IMG/VR virus record: IMGVR_UViG_3300046616_000314
Location: 62,001 to 126,000 of that record
Length of the DNA: 64,000 nt
Strand: one strand, 5' to 3'
Part shown: piece by piece, positions 28,418-37,732 of the stretch
Layout: each line of letters starts with the position of its first letter
Numbering within the stretch: position 1 is the first letter of the stretch
Made by a program: the position numbers and the translations under genes
The notes under the pieces: generated by a model
What the model was told of the DNA's origin: nothing
Seen by the model: only the letters and a program-made list of their open reading frames with translations
The model's database searches: none

Positions 28418-29673
28418 GCGACCAGCCCACCCGTCTTAGCCGACAGATCGAAGTTAGCTTCGATGAAGTCGATGATGCGTTCCGGCGGGGTATCCCGCGA
28501 GAACACGATGTTCGGACCATGCTTGTCCAGCATGACAGCCTTCAGCCCGTCGAAATCCTTCAGACCGCGCGAAGTCGCTTCGCCGCATTGGTGCGAGCCG
28601 CATTCGTTAGGAGCTTGGTCCACCAGGGGCAGAAGGTCGCGAGCATCAGCGCGCAAGGGAACGTGCGCGTGAACGATGCAATCCAAGCCAGGGTGTTCTT
28701 CGAAGATCACCCGTTGAGATTGACCGCCCACGGAAGGTTTCGCACCGTGTGCGATCACCTTGTCATAGCCTTCGTAATCCACGGCGACCAAGCCGATGTC
28801 CGACAGGAAATTGTAGTTGGTCTTGCGCTTGGACGTGAGGATGCGATTGTCATCCACGCGGACGGCGAAATGACCGGCTGTCACACCACGGAACGGCTTG
28901 TAGGCACCGCGATTGATGCAGTGATTGACAACCGTTCGCAGGTTTTCGGGAACGTCTTGCGAATTCCAATCGATACTGTCGCCAGGGACAACAGTCGAAC
29001 GGGTGAAGGTGTTGCTGGATCGCGACAGAACCATTTCGACCAGCTTGGACAGAACTTGGTTGCGATCAGTCGTTTCGCTGTAGCGGGTTTCTTCCGGGGC
29101 GACGATCATATTGTTGCGAGTGACGGTATCATTCGCCAGCATGAGATTGATCGAACCCGCCTTCAGCGAATTCAGAGCCGTAACATATTGTTCTTGGCTC
29201 GTTGCGTTCGTCGTGGTCTTGAAACCAACGACGAAGATGTCTTTGCGCGTCTTGCGGATTTCGCCGATCAGCTTCGCAGCGGGCGTCAGCTTCAGGGCTT
29301 GTTCGCCTTCCGCAGTCTTCAGGCGTTGAGCGTGTGAGCCCGAGGCGACATCACCGACTTGACCATCATAGTCACAGAGCGCGGCATTCATGATGATGAC
29401 CCGAGTGTCGGGGTCAGCCTTCAGGGTTTCCAGCAGTTCAGCAACGTCGTCATTGGTAACGAGGTAGCGCGTCTCGGATTCGACACTGGCGCCGCCCGTA
29501 GCCATCTTGGTCAGATGTAGATGGACGGACAGTTCGTCATTGTAAAAAGTTTTCTTGCTCAGTTCCTTATAGAGGAAGCGAGCGGTATTACCGAACGCAA
29601 TAGCCGACAGAGCCATGTGATTGCGGATCGGGCTGAACGTGCCGCCGCCGATAACGTGAATCTTTTTGGTCAT
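28414..29673 (-). CDS. CoaB/DFP-like nucleotidyl-ligase domain fused to a class II aldolase/adducin-like domain
   Basis: GGGTFSPI, AFGNTA, MNAALCDY, VVGFKTT, LMLAND (CoaB-like); AGHFAVR, KPSVG, CIVHAH (aldolase II-like). Confidence 0.65.
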   Translation of the reverse strand: MTKKIHVIGGGTFSPIRNHMALSAIAFGNTARFLYKELSKKTFYNDELSVHLHLTKMATGGASVESETRYLVTNDDVAELLETLKADPDTRVIIMNAALCDYDGQVGDVASGSHAQRLKTAEGEQALKLTPAAKLIGEIRKTRKDIFVVGFKTTTNATSQEQYVTALNSLKAGSINLMLANDTVTRNNMIVAPEETRYSETTDRNQVLSKLVEMVLSRSSNTFTRSTVVPGDSIDWNSQDVPENLRTVVNHCINRGAYKPFRGVTAGHFAVRVDDNRILTSKRKTNYNFLSDIGLVAVDYEGYDKVIAHGAKPSVGGQSQRVIFEEHPGLDCIVHAHVPLRADARDLLPLVDQAPNECGSHQCGEATSRGLKDFDGLKAVMLDKHGPNIVFSRDTPPERIIDFIEANFDLSAKTGGLVA

Positions 29674-29765
29674 GACAGTTGCCCAGTGATAAAGCCTGCG
29701 ACGCCACCAATGGCGAGGAAGACAACAAATACGATAGCATACTTGAGGTACTTGTTCATTTTATT

Positions 29766-30137
29766 TCAGCCTCGCTTGATGATCGAGGCGGTTGCATCAC
29801 CACCAATGTCATCACAATTGATAGAGCCACCAGCCTTGGCATTCCCGGCGATGTCATCGCAGTTGACCGATCCACCAGCCGTGACGTTTCCGCCTACGTT
29901 GTCGCAGTTGATCGATCCACCAGCGGTCACGTTGCCCTTAACGGACAAGGCAGTCACCGATTTATCGCTTGTCAGGTGGTTTAGAACACCTTCCAAGATA
30001 CGAACTTCAACGCCGCCTTTGAGTCCGGTGAGGGTTTCATGGACCTTGCCATTGATGATGACATTGCCACCAGCGATGTTCACGCTGGCGTTGTCATCAA
30101 CCTCGATGGTGACACCGTTGATTGTGACTGTAGTCAT
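29766..30137 (-). CDS. Small beta-helix/bactofilin-like repeat protein
   Basis: Tandem G(N/D)V.AGGS(I/V)NCD(N/D) repeats. Confidence 0.7.
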   Translation of the reverse strand: MTTVTINGVTIEVDDNASVNIAGGNVIINGKVHETLTGLKGGVEVRILEGVLNHLTSDKSVTALSVKGNVTAGGSINCDNVGGNVTAGGSVNCDDIAGNAKAGGSINCDDIGGDATASIIKRG

Positions 30138-30568
30138 CGCGCTAGAATCCAATCAGAATATTTGTCAAAAAATCTATTGATAGCCGGGCTCCTAGAAGGT
30201 TGGAAGACTAGGTTCCCCGAACTAAGCAACATTCTGAGTATAGCATATGGAAAGACACTATTCGGAATAGTATCGAAAAATTCTGGCGGCTGTAGCCCCG
30301 ATACATTGGGTACTTTAGACCAATCGTCGCGGGTAACTTCTTCGGGAAAACTATCCATGAGATTGTCAATCCAAGAATTGACAAGCGCATTATGCTCAAG
30401 AACTACGGCATCGTCAAAATCGATTGTGCTGATCGCTTTGGGAGTATTGATGGGTCGTGTTTCTTCAGGCACAATTTCATCAGGAAATTTTACCATTACA
30501 CCAGCCCATGATCCAACTAGGCGTGTGGCGGTATCAAAGAAATATTGACGATCCATCTTTACCACCAT
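30134..30568 (-). CDS. Hypothetical protein
   Basis: Coupled ORF; start adjusted. Confidence 0.55.
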   Translation of the reverse strand: MVVKMDRQYFFDTATRLVGSWAGVMVKFPDEIVPEETRPINTPKAISTIDFDDAVVLEHNALVNSWIDNLMDSFPEEVTRDDWSKVPNVSGLQPPEFFDTIPNSVFPYAILRMLLSSGNLVFQPSRSPAINRFFDKYSDWILAR

Positions 30569-30741
30569 TTGAACACCATGAGGACAACGCCGCCGATGAC
30601 TGCCATGATTCCGATCACACCTTGCCAAGCGGAATGATCAACTTCGCCGTATTCACCCGATGGCGTACCATTCCAGGCGAGATATGACAGGAAGGCGCCG
30701 ATCAACAGAACAACGATCCCGAGACCCATTTGATTGATCAT
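30559..30741 (-). CDS. Small membrane protein
   Basis: Two hydrophobic helices. Confidence 0.6.
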   Translation of the reverse strand: MINQMGLGIVVLLIGAFLSYLAWNGTPSGEYGEVDHSAWQGVIGIMAVIGGVVLMVFKWW

Positions 30742-30974
30742 CAGGAAACAACCACGTCATACCAATCTTGCGATTGGAAATTTTGATCAAAGTCTCGCAT
30801 GGAAATGATCGCTCCCACCTTGGGCGGACTAACGTAGCTCACACCGCTGGCAAAATCAGCTTCCAGACCTTCGCGGAAATCCTTGGCGGCTTCTTCCGGG
30901 GTACCCGTGCCATCAGCGGCGAAGATTTCACCGTAATGGATTTCACGGGCACGAGGATTAGCGATCCGAGTCAT
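30741..30974 (-). CDS. Hypothetical protein
   Basis: SD GAGGT upstream; coupled ORF. Confidence 0.6.
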   Translation of the reverse strand: MTRIANPRAREIHYGEIFAADGTGTPEEAAKDFREGLEADFASGVSYVSPPKVGAIISMRDFDQNFQSQDWYDVVVS

Positions 30975-30983
30975 GACTACCTC

Positions 30984-31712
30984 TTACGGGTGCATCAGCA
31001 GAGCGGACAGGGCGTCAACCGAGTCCTTCTTGCGACAGAACACATAGCCGCCCAGGTCCAGCGGAATGTAGTGAACATATTCGCCATCGACCAGCGGATA
31101 GGTCGGGTCATGCATGATGCCCGCGTGCAGCTTGTCCATGTTGGCGCGCTTGATGGCGCCGTACAGGTCATTCGGCTTCGGAGCCGCCAGGGTGATGCAG
31201 GTACCAAAGCCCAAGGCTTCGTTCTGCCACACGTCCAGCAGACCCTTCAGGGCTTCATCACCCTTGGCGATTTTGGCTTGGGCTTGATAGACCATCTGGT
31301 TCGCGACGTGACCGGCTTGAGCATAGCCCTTACCGACGTTCAGCGACGCCAGATCGGTACGCATAATCATGTAGAAATACGGCACGTAGGGAGCCAGCTT
31401 GCCGCTCAGAGCGAACATGATCTTGCGAATCATGTCTTGAGCCGTCTTATCGCCCGTGTCGGGACCGTTGGTTTGCGTGGCGTGATGCAGAATCGCCAGC
31501 GGAGCCGACAGTTCTTTGATCGCGGCGTTGATGTCAGCCAGAATGGCGCCATCTTCATCTTGATCGTCTTCGGGGGAAGTCAGCAGAGAGATAACCGTCG
31601 TCAGGTCCGCGAAATCCTCGTGGAATTTCTGCGTAACCTTATTACCCCACTTGGAGTAATTTTGCTTCCACCGCAGGGCGGTATTAATGACGGCGTTGCC
31701 TTGAATGCTCAT
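30984..31712 (-). CDS. PTH2-type peptidyl-tRNA hydrolase domain with an N-terminal extension
   Basis: YMIMRTDL..VGKGYAQAGHVA..W..GFGTCITL..AGIMHDPTY. Confidence 0.75.
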   Translation of the reverse strand: MSIQGNAVINTALRWKQNYSKWGNKVTQKFHEDFADLTTVISLLTSPEDDQDEDGAILADINAAIKELSAPLAILHHATQTNGPDTGDKTAQDMIRKIMFALSGKLAPYVPYFYMIMRTDLASLNVGKGYAQAGHVANQMVYQAQAKIAKGDEALKGLLDVWQNEALGFGTCITLAAPKPNDLYGAIKRANMDKLHAGIMHDPTYPLVDGEYVHYIPLDLGGYVFCRKKDSVDALSALLMHP

Positions 31713-31739
31713 AAATTAGTCCTCGAATTTCGAGTGACC

Positions 31740-31768
31740 AATCTACCGCATTTATTTTCGTTTGTCAA
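31740..31768 (-). promoter_or_regulatory. sigma70-like promoter
   Basis: TTGACA-N17-TAGATT. Confidence 0.65.
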
Positions 31769-32432
31769 ACAATTAGATGCCGACAACCCGGTCTGTTAAA
31801 GGCATCAATGCCTTGCGCAGAACCTTTTCAAGGTCTTCTGGCGTTTCGCCGTCTTTGGCGCGCAGGACATATTCAACACCATTGGTATCAACGGTGTATC
31901 CCGCAAACAAACTTGCAATGGCACCGTCTGGAAAAGGAATGTCCAGGGCAACATCGTGCTTCTCATCCCGCCGGATGTACCGAACCATGAATTGAAGGTC
32001 GTTGGTAACAGCCGTGATCTTATAGCGCGGCGACATGATCCGCAGATTATCGGTGTAATCCCAGTTCATAGCTTTCTTGAAGAACTTCATCGGAGGCAGA
32101 GCCATCGCCTTGTCGAGAGCCTTCTGATAACGGCTCTCATCGGTATTGGCGTCGCCCGCATCATTGATGACTTCACTGAACCATTCATCATGGATCAGAC
32201 CGGACGAGCACAAAGCATCGCCCAGCAGTTCATTGGTCAGATTTTTGTCAGGAGCTTCCCCACCCAGGCTCCGCAGCAGCTTGATAGCTTGCGAGCGCGT
32301 GAAGATGGTTTTGAAGTCAGGCGTCTTGCCGTATTCGGAAGCCGGATATTCGCTTGCGTATTGATCGCTCATAAATGGCTCCCTTCAAAGAAGGATACCA
32401 ATACAACATTTATTTTCGTCTGTCAAACAATT
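31749..32432. repeat. 26-bp direct repeat, two copies (31749-31774 and 32407-32432)
   Basis: CATTTATTTTCGT(T/C)TGTCAAACAATT, one mismatch; contains a minus-strand TTGACA. Confidence 0.85.
31773..32372 (-). CDS. Hypothetical protein
   Basis: 199-aa ORF; SD GGGAG. Confidence 0.7.
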   Translation of the reverse strand: MSDQYASEYPASEYGKTPDFKTIFTRSQAIKLLRSLGGEAPDKNLTNELLGDALCSSGLIHDEWFSEVINDAGDANTDESRYQKALDKAMALPPMKFFKKAMNWDYTDNLRIMSPRYKITAVTNDLQFMVRYIRRDEKHDVALDIPFPDGAIASLFAGYTVDTNGVEYVLRAKDGETPEDLEKVLRKALMPLTDRVVGI

Positions 32433-32543
32433 CCCGAAATTCTCGGATGCATTGTTTGGGATTGGTGAGCGGCATAAAGAACCGCTTCACCGCTGAAATG
32501 GCGGTTTCTTTGAACCATTTCCCGTTTAGGACAACATACTTAG

Positions 32544-32789
32544 TCATTTGCCGAAACGCTTTCCAAATTTCCAATCTTCGAAAGTCGGAACTTCCTCGCC
32601 CATATCTTGGAGAGCCTTGACGAACGGAGAGTCAGGAGCAAGAGCCGCCTTCAGAAATTCATTCTGTTTATCGACTTGCTCTTGAAAAAACTGTTCAGTC
32701 AATCGAGCAGCTTCATCCGGCGGGGTATCGGGACCAACGCCAGGAGTGATGTAGAGATCAAAGCTTTGGTTGTCTGTATTCTTGGTCAT
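32544..32789 (-). CDS. Hypothetical protein
   Basis: Coupled ORF. Confidence 0.6.
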   Translation of the reverse strand: MTKNTDNQSFDLYITPGVGPDTPPDEAARLTEQFFQEQVDKQNEFLKAALAPDSPFVKALQDMGEEVPTFEDWKFGKRFGK

Positions 32790-33010
32790 AGCGAAATCTC
32801 TTCGTCTTTGATATCGAACATGGCGGCGCGAATAGAATCGATTGCCGCGAGCCGATATTGTTTCTTGTTATAGACTGACGCATCGCGCCACGAACAAATG
32901 TGTCGTGATCGATTGTATTCGATGCTGGCTTGCGCTTGGCTCTCATACAGAGCAATCGCCACTAACTCGATTTCGGCAATCGAAATCTCACCAATACCGT
33001 CAATGATCAT
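32786..33010 (-). CDS. Hypothetical protein
   Basis: Coupled ORF. Confidence 0.55.
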   Translation of the reverse strand: MIIDGIGEISIAEIELVAIALYESQAQASIEYNRSRHICSWRDASVYNKKQYRLAAIDSIRAAMFDIKDEEISL

Positions 33011-33198
33011 TGTGCCACCGGGTGAATGACGCCCATCAGAACGAGCGAGACGTAGATGAAACGTAGGGCGATGAACGCAACGCCGCTGAAGGCGATGATC
33101 TTCAGATAGAAAACACCGGTTTCAAGCACGCCTTTCCCAAATTCCTTGAGATAGCCTTTGGGAGGCGTGGGTTGCTTGTATTCAGGACCATCGATCAT
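33007..33198 (-). CDS. Small membrane protein
   Basis: C-terminal hydrophobic helix; ATGA overlap. Confidence 0.55.
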   Translation of the reverse strand: MIDGPEYKQPTPPKGYLKEFGKGVLETGVFYLKIIAFSGVAFIALRFIYVSLVLMGVIHPVAQ

Positions 33199-33737
33199 GC
33201 GTATTCGTCCTTCTTGTGATGATCCACGTTCTTCCACGGGGGAAGAGTTGCCATGCGTTCTAGAATTTGCTCAAGCGTTATAGGCTCGAAATTCCAGCAG
33301 TCAACGCCCACGTCTAGACTTTGGTCATTGCCCTCCATAGAGCCATGTGAATGACCGTAGAGCATCAGAGAACCATAGTGAGATTTGTTCCAAACCCGCA
33401 TTGAGTAATGGCATAGAACGATGAGCTTATCCGCTTCCTTGATCTCTAGTGCGTACTGTGACGATGCCCAGAGATCAAGCTTGCGGGTTTGATTGCTGTC
33501 GTGATTTCCCCAAATTAGATGCTTAGTGCCATTGAGGCGCCGCAGAATATTGGGGGCAGCATTCTTGCCCATGGCAAAGTCACCCAAATGGTAAACTGTG
33601 TCATTGGGCTTAACGATGGCATTCCATCGTTCGATCATCGCTTCATCCATTTCATCCGCGTTGGCGAATGGGCGGTTGCAGTAGCGAATCACGTTCTCAT
33701 GTCCGAAATGAGAATCTGAGGTAAAATAATTAGTCAT
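33195..33737 (-). CDS. Calcineurin-like metallophosphoesterase
   Basis: SDSHFGH, HLGDF, GNHD, LCHY, YGHSH motifs. Confidence 0.9.
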   Translation of the reverse strand: MTNYFTSDSHFGHENVIRYCNRPFANADEMDEAMIERWNAIVKPNDTVYHLGDFAMGKNAAPNILRRLNGTKHLIWGNHDSNQTRKLDLWASSQYALEIKEADKLIVLCHYSMRVWNKSHYGSLMLYGHSHGSMEGNDQSLDVGVDCWNFEPITLEQILERMATLPPWKNVDHHKKDEYA

Positions 33738-33772
33738 GCTCGCATTATAACATGAAATGTGGCATGACGAAA

Positions 33773-34108
33773 CTAAAGTTGGTGTCGTAGCACTTTGTCG
33801 ATAAAATCATGAGCGTAATTGGTCGGCACCAAAACGAAGTCTGATGTCTTAAGCTTAAACATCACAAAATCTTCGTCATGAACAATTTCTGCATACCAAA
33901 AATCAATTCCATAAGCGCGTTGTGTAAACACTTCATGCGAAATGTTATGCAGATAGTCACGAAGTTGACTTACGCGCGCTAGACGTTCATCGTATAGTCT
34001 AACCAGTAACATTTCCAGCGTCGTTCGATATGCAGGATAAATTGTGAACATCTGGCTAGCATGTAGCCCGACTCTATCGATGTTATAATGAAGTAGAATG
34101 CGGGTCAT
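33773..34108 (-). CDS. FKLK-motif family protein
   Basis: VHDEDFVMFKLKTS; start moved to the ATGA overlap. Confidence 0.7.
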   Translation of the reverse strand: MTRILLHYNIDRVGLHASQMFTIYPAYRTTLEMLLVRLYDERLARVSQLRDYLHNISHEVFTQRAYGIDFWYAEIVHDEDFVMFKLKTSDFVLVPTNYAHDFIDKVLRHQL

Positions 34109-34461
34109 GCTTCTGGGATATTTTCGATGTAGTCGTGAACACAGTCCGCGATATTTTCGGGGATGATAGAAATGTAGGGGCATTTCAACTTGAAGATCAT
34201 CGCGTCGTCTTCGGACGAAATTTCGATACTATACAGTTCGACATTCTGATAGAGATTGTATGCCACCGAATACTTGATGCCGCTGTTTTCCAGGGCATTT
34301 TTCATATCATCCATTTCGGCTTTGATGTCCGCATACCAGACATTTGCTTTCACCGAATCAATGGTGTGGTAGATGGTCGCCGTCATGTCGGAGCCGCCAC
34401 GCTCTCTGGCGCGCAAAGCCAGACTACTCGTTGTCTTGAAGTACAACAGGAAACGGATCAT
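34105..34461 (-). CDS. FKLK-motif family protein
   Basis: ISSEDDAMIFKLKCP. Confidence 0.7.
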   Translation of the reverse strand: MIRFLLYFKTTSSLALRARERGGSDMTATIYHTIDSVKANVWYADIKAEMDDMKNALENSGIKYSVAYNLYQNVELYSIEISSEDDAMIFKLKCPYISIIPENIADCVHDYIENIPEA

Positions 34462-34823
34462 AGCAGCGGGAACTTCATCTTGAGTGTGACAGCGTGTTCA
34501 TCGTCATAAATGAGGATGCCCCAATTGAGATATTTTTCTAGAAAATATTTTTCGTTGGGCGTCCTAGCTGACCGCTGCACCGAATAAAATCGAACGACGT
34601 TGTATTGGATTTCAGCACGGTTTTTTGACAGATAGTCCTCAAGCTCAAACAACATCCGTTTGTTTGGTTCAGGTAAAGTGTTTCCATAGAGAATGTCTGG
34701 AAACACTTGTGGAATGTGATTGTTGATAGGATCGGCATACAGTTTTTCGTGATCCTCAACCTCTTCAAGGTCATTGAATTCAATCAAATCCGCGAAATGC
34801 TCAATGACAACGAACAAATGCAT
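34458..34823 (-). CDS. FKLK-motif family protein
   Basis: IYDDEHAVTLKMKFP. Confidence 0.7.
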   Translation of the reverse strand: MHLFVVIEHFADLIEFNDLEEVEDHEKLYADPINNHIPQVFPDILYGNTLPEPNKRMLFELEDYLSKNRAEIQYNVVRFYSVQRSARTPNEKYFLEKYLNWGILIYDDEHAVTLKMKFPLL

Positions 34824-35350
34824 TACGGAATACGATTTGACAGACGAATAATAGCTCCTAAAACATTGCTGATCCAGCTACGTCCCGGCGCGGGGTGCGC
34901 CTTGAGCATGGCTTGAGTCATTGCCAAATGCTCTTGGGCTGCTTCACGCTGAAACGCCTCGCGGTCGGCAACTTCGCCTTCAGTCAAATCAAAATCGGTG
35001 TAGACGAGATCATATCGGCTAGTGAACATGCGTTCATTTTCGTCATAGTAATAGCCGAATTGTTCAAACACTTCATCTTCATCACCTTCACAGGTCATGA
35101 CGATATCGTAATCACCCGCCCAGGCGAATAGACGATCAGCCAGAATCCCGGCGTCAATCGTGTTCATGTCGCTAGTGAACGGGCTGACGCACGTCACCTT
35201 ACGAATGTAACGAACTAGGTCTTCGCGAGACCATTCCGACATCTTGAAGACGCGATAGTTTTCCGATTGGCAAATCTTGAACCAGTCGCCCTTATCAAGG
35301 TCGAAGCTTTCGTGCGTGTCGAGTTGATGGAGCGAAAACGTATTACTCAT
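34823..35350 (-). CDS. Hypothetical acidic protein
   Basis: 175-aa coupled ORF. Confidence 0.65.
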   Translation of the reverse strand: MSNTFSLHQLDTHESFDLDKGDWFKICQSENYRVFKMSEWSREDLVRYIRKVTCVSPFTSDMNTIDAGILADRLFAWAGDYDIVMTCEGDEDEVFEQFGYYYDENERMFTSRYDLVYTDFDLTEGEVADREAFQREAAQEHLAMTQAMLKAHPAPGRSWISNVLGAIIRLSNRIP

Positions 35351-35561
35351 CGAAAACCTTATCTGCGATAGTGGATGGCTTGGGAGTCATCATGTAATGA
35401 ATGCGCGAAAATGCGATGGCGATTATGATCATGACAGCGACCATAAAGGCATAGACCCACCCGAAGTTGAACAACAACCCCGGCAAAGGTGCAAGGACGA
35501 TCACCAAGAGAAACTTGACAGTAGCGTGTTGGTCAAGCCACTTATGGATTTTGTAGTTCAT
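35343..35561 (-). CDS. Small membrane protein
   Basis: Two hydrophobic helices. Confidence 0.6.
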   Translation of the reverse strand: MNYKIHKWLDQHATVKFLLVIVLAPLPGLLFNFGWVYAFMVAVMIIIAIAFSRIHYMMTPKPSTIADKVFDE

Positions 35562-36547
35562 CAGTACAAATCCTTTAGGGTTTCAGCAGTGATTTCGCCG
35601 TTGACGATGCGGGCGCCGTGCTTCTTCAGCAGTCGCTTCAGCATAACGATTTCTTCCGCCCGATCCCGGTGTTCGGCTTCCGCGTTGATCTTATCATATG
35701 CGTCCTTGACACGCGCATTGTCGTCTTCAAACCACTTCAGGAAGGCGCGTGTCTTGCGATACTCGTCGGACTTCAAGAAATTATCCGTGAAGGTTTCCGA
35801 TTCGGTGATGACGCTATCGGGAATGAAAATGCCATCCATTCCACCTTCACCCGGTTCGAAGTATGCGAAATGGAATCCATTGACTTCGCCGACGCTCTTG
35901 ATGCTCATACCTTCCACCGGAATCGAGGAAACGGCACGAGTCTTCCACACCAGTAACTCAACGCCATCGTTGAGAATGTTCATGTGGATCGGAGAGCGAA
36001 CCGGGTTCACCCCAAACGTCAGGTGGTCGCCCAGTGCTTTTTGCTTACGGATACGCGGGTGTCCGTACAGCGGATGGTCAGGACCGATGTCCTTGACGTT
36101 CTCAACCATCTGGATCGTTTTGTCAGAGGTTTCATAGCCGTTGCGGTCGAAACGATAAGTAGACTCGCCCATGAACCTACACGCGAACTGGTAGTCCGCC
36201 TTGTAACCGCTGCTATGATGAATGTTGGGCGCACCCATGGCGTTGAACGAACGGATGCCGGGGTTGTGTAGTAGAACGTTCATCGCTTTGCGACGACGAT
36301 CCATCCGGCGTTTGTTTTCCGCAATGTCCAGCGGATTTCCATAAGTGGACGTGGAGGAATAATAGTCGCCCGAACGGTTTCTGTCGTACTGTTCTTTTTC
36401 AAATGTACGGCGATGTTCTGCTATAGTCAGCAGACGTTGTTGATCACTGGCGTCCATTTGCAAGAAGCCGTGGGACGCCAAAAACCGAAGGTCGTCATCC
36501 TTGGTGACGGTCAGCAAAGCGGTGTTCATGCGATCAACTAGCGACAT
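35561..36547 (-). CDS. Hypothetical protein
   Basis: 328-aa ORF with strong codon bias; SD AGGA. Confidence 0.75.
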   Translation of the reverse strand: MSLVDRMNTALLTVTKDDDLRFLASHGFLQMDASDQQRLLTIAEHRRTFEKEQYDRNRSGDYYSSTSTYGNPLDIAENKRRMDRRRKAMNVLLHNPGIRSFNAMGAPNIHHSSGYKADYQFACRFMGESTYRFDRNGYETSDKTIQMVENVKDIGPDHPLYGHPRIRKQKALGDHLTFGVNPVRSPIHMNILNDGVELLVWKTRAVSSIPVEGMSIKSVGEVNGFHFAYFEPGEGGMDGIFIPDSVITESETFTDNFLKSDEYRKTRAFLKWFEDDNARVKDAYDKINAEAEHRDRAEEIVMLKRLLKKHGARIVNGEITAETLKDLY

Positions 36548-36595
36548 AAAATTATCCTATCAGTTCGACAGGAATTTATATCAAATATTTTTGTA

Positions 36596-36994
36596 CTAGG
36601 CAACAAGCCAGGATGAATTAGTCGAGAGATCGAATTTCAATCGCACAAGGGTAGCGACTTCATCATCTTCGATCATCAAATCAAAGCCCGTACCATTCAC
36701 CGAAAAGGACGACACGTTCAATGTATCGAGCGGCATTTCACGGACATGCCATCCGTTGTACCGGATGATAGAATATTCTATCGAATTCTCTTCAAGAAAT
36801 TCGATAATGGGTTCAATGTACGCTTTAGAATGGGATGATCCCATTTCATCAAAAGATGAATAGCACCAGGGGCGTTCTTCAAAATCTTCATGTAGCGCAT
36901 GGGCAACATACTCTGCATCACGCTCTTGTTGCGTCAGAGTTTTCGAATAGCTGTTGAGACCATAGGCTCTAAAGAAAATTTTGAACCGATTCAT
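36596..36994 (-). CDS. FKLK-motif family protein
   Basis: IEDDEVATLVRLKFD. Confidence 0.7.
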   Translation of the reverse strand: MNRFKIFFRAYGLNSYSKTLTQQERDAEYVAHALHEDFEERPWCYSSFDEMGSSHSKAYIEPIIEFLEENSIEYSIIRYNGWHVREMPLDTLNVSSFSVNGTGFDLMIEDDEVATLVRLKFDLSTNSSWLVA

Positions 36995-37257
36995 TCACCC
37001 GCCAGCTTATTAAGCCACGCTACCAAGTCTGCATCAAATTTCTTACCCTTGGCTGTTTTCATAAACAATCCCCAAAGGTTACTAATCGTGAGCAACAGCA
37101 CCGAAACCGAGACCAGCCATAACATCATCACCGGAATGATCATTCGCGGAGCATGGGCTTCGGTATACGCCAATGTTGCTGCACCCAGGAAGCCAAGGAA
37201 GTATAACGGTGACATGAACACCATCAATCCCACGAAACCTACGACAAATTTTCTCAT
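36991..37257 (-). CDS. Small membrane protein
   Basis: Two hydrophobic helices; resembles the next ORF. Confidence 0.65.
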   Translation of the reverse strand: MRKFVVGFVGLMVFMSPLYFLGFLGAATLAYTEAHAPRMIIPVMMLWLVSVSVLLLTISNLWGLFMKTAKGKKFDADLVAWLNKLAGE

Positions 37258-37517
37258 TTGCCAGCCGCTTGCTTGATAGCCTTCTCGACTTTATCGCTGA
37301 AGGCTTTACCCATAGGAGTTTCGAGAATCCGGTCGATGAGCTTGGAACCAAATGCCAGAAGCAATAAACAACTCAGAGACGACACGAAACCCACTAGGAA
37401 CATATCGTAGTGACGAGCGCGAGCAAGTTCCATAATCCAGACGTTAAGAATTGCCACGGCAAGGACCGGAGACAATGCTATTGCAAAAATGAATCCCAGA
37501 ACAATGTACTTTCTCAA
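37254..37517 (-). CDS. Small membrane protein
   Basis: Two hydrophobic helices. Confidence 0.65.
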   Translation of the reverse strand: MRKYIVLGFIFAIALSPVLAVAILNVWIMELARARHYDMFLVGFVSSLSCLLLLAFGSKLIDRILETPMGKAFSDKVEKAIKQAAGK

Positions 37518-37732
37518 TCGCTTGCTCCAAACACTGAATCTAAGAAATCATCGAGTTTATCATCGGGGAGGAATTTTCCCTCTCGAATCTGTTGGCGCCC
37601 TCGTTCCATACGGATTTCATCGCTGATTGCTTCGCGCTCTTGGAAGCAAGAGGCGCACAAATCATAGCCTACTAACGACGGCTCAGCGCATTCATGGCAC
37701 AACCAGATTTTTTCGCGCATTTTCAAAACCAT
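37514..37732 (-). CDS. Small zinc-finger protein
   Basis: CHEC..CASC. Confidence 0.6.
   Translation of the reverse strand: MVLKMREKIWLCHECAEPSLVGYDLCASCFQEREAISDEIRMERGRQQIREGKFLPDDKLDDFLDSVFGASD

Noticed and set aside
28405-31799. Long plus-strand ORFs 28405-29337 and 30768-31799 (also 4294-4947 minus and similar)
   Set aside because: Antisense shadows of well-supported, codon-biased genes; no motifs or ribosome-binding sites
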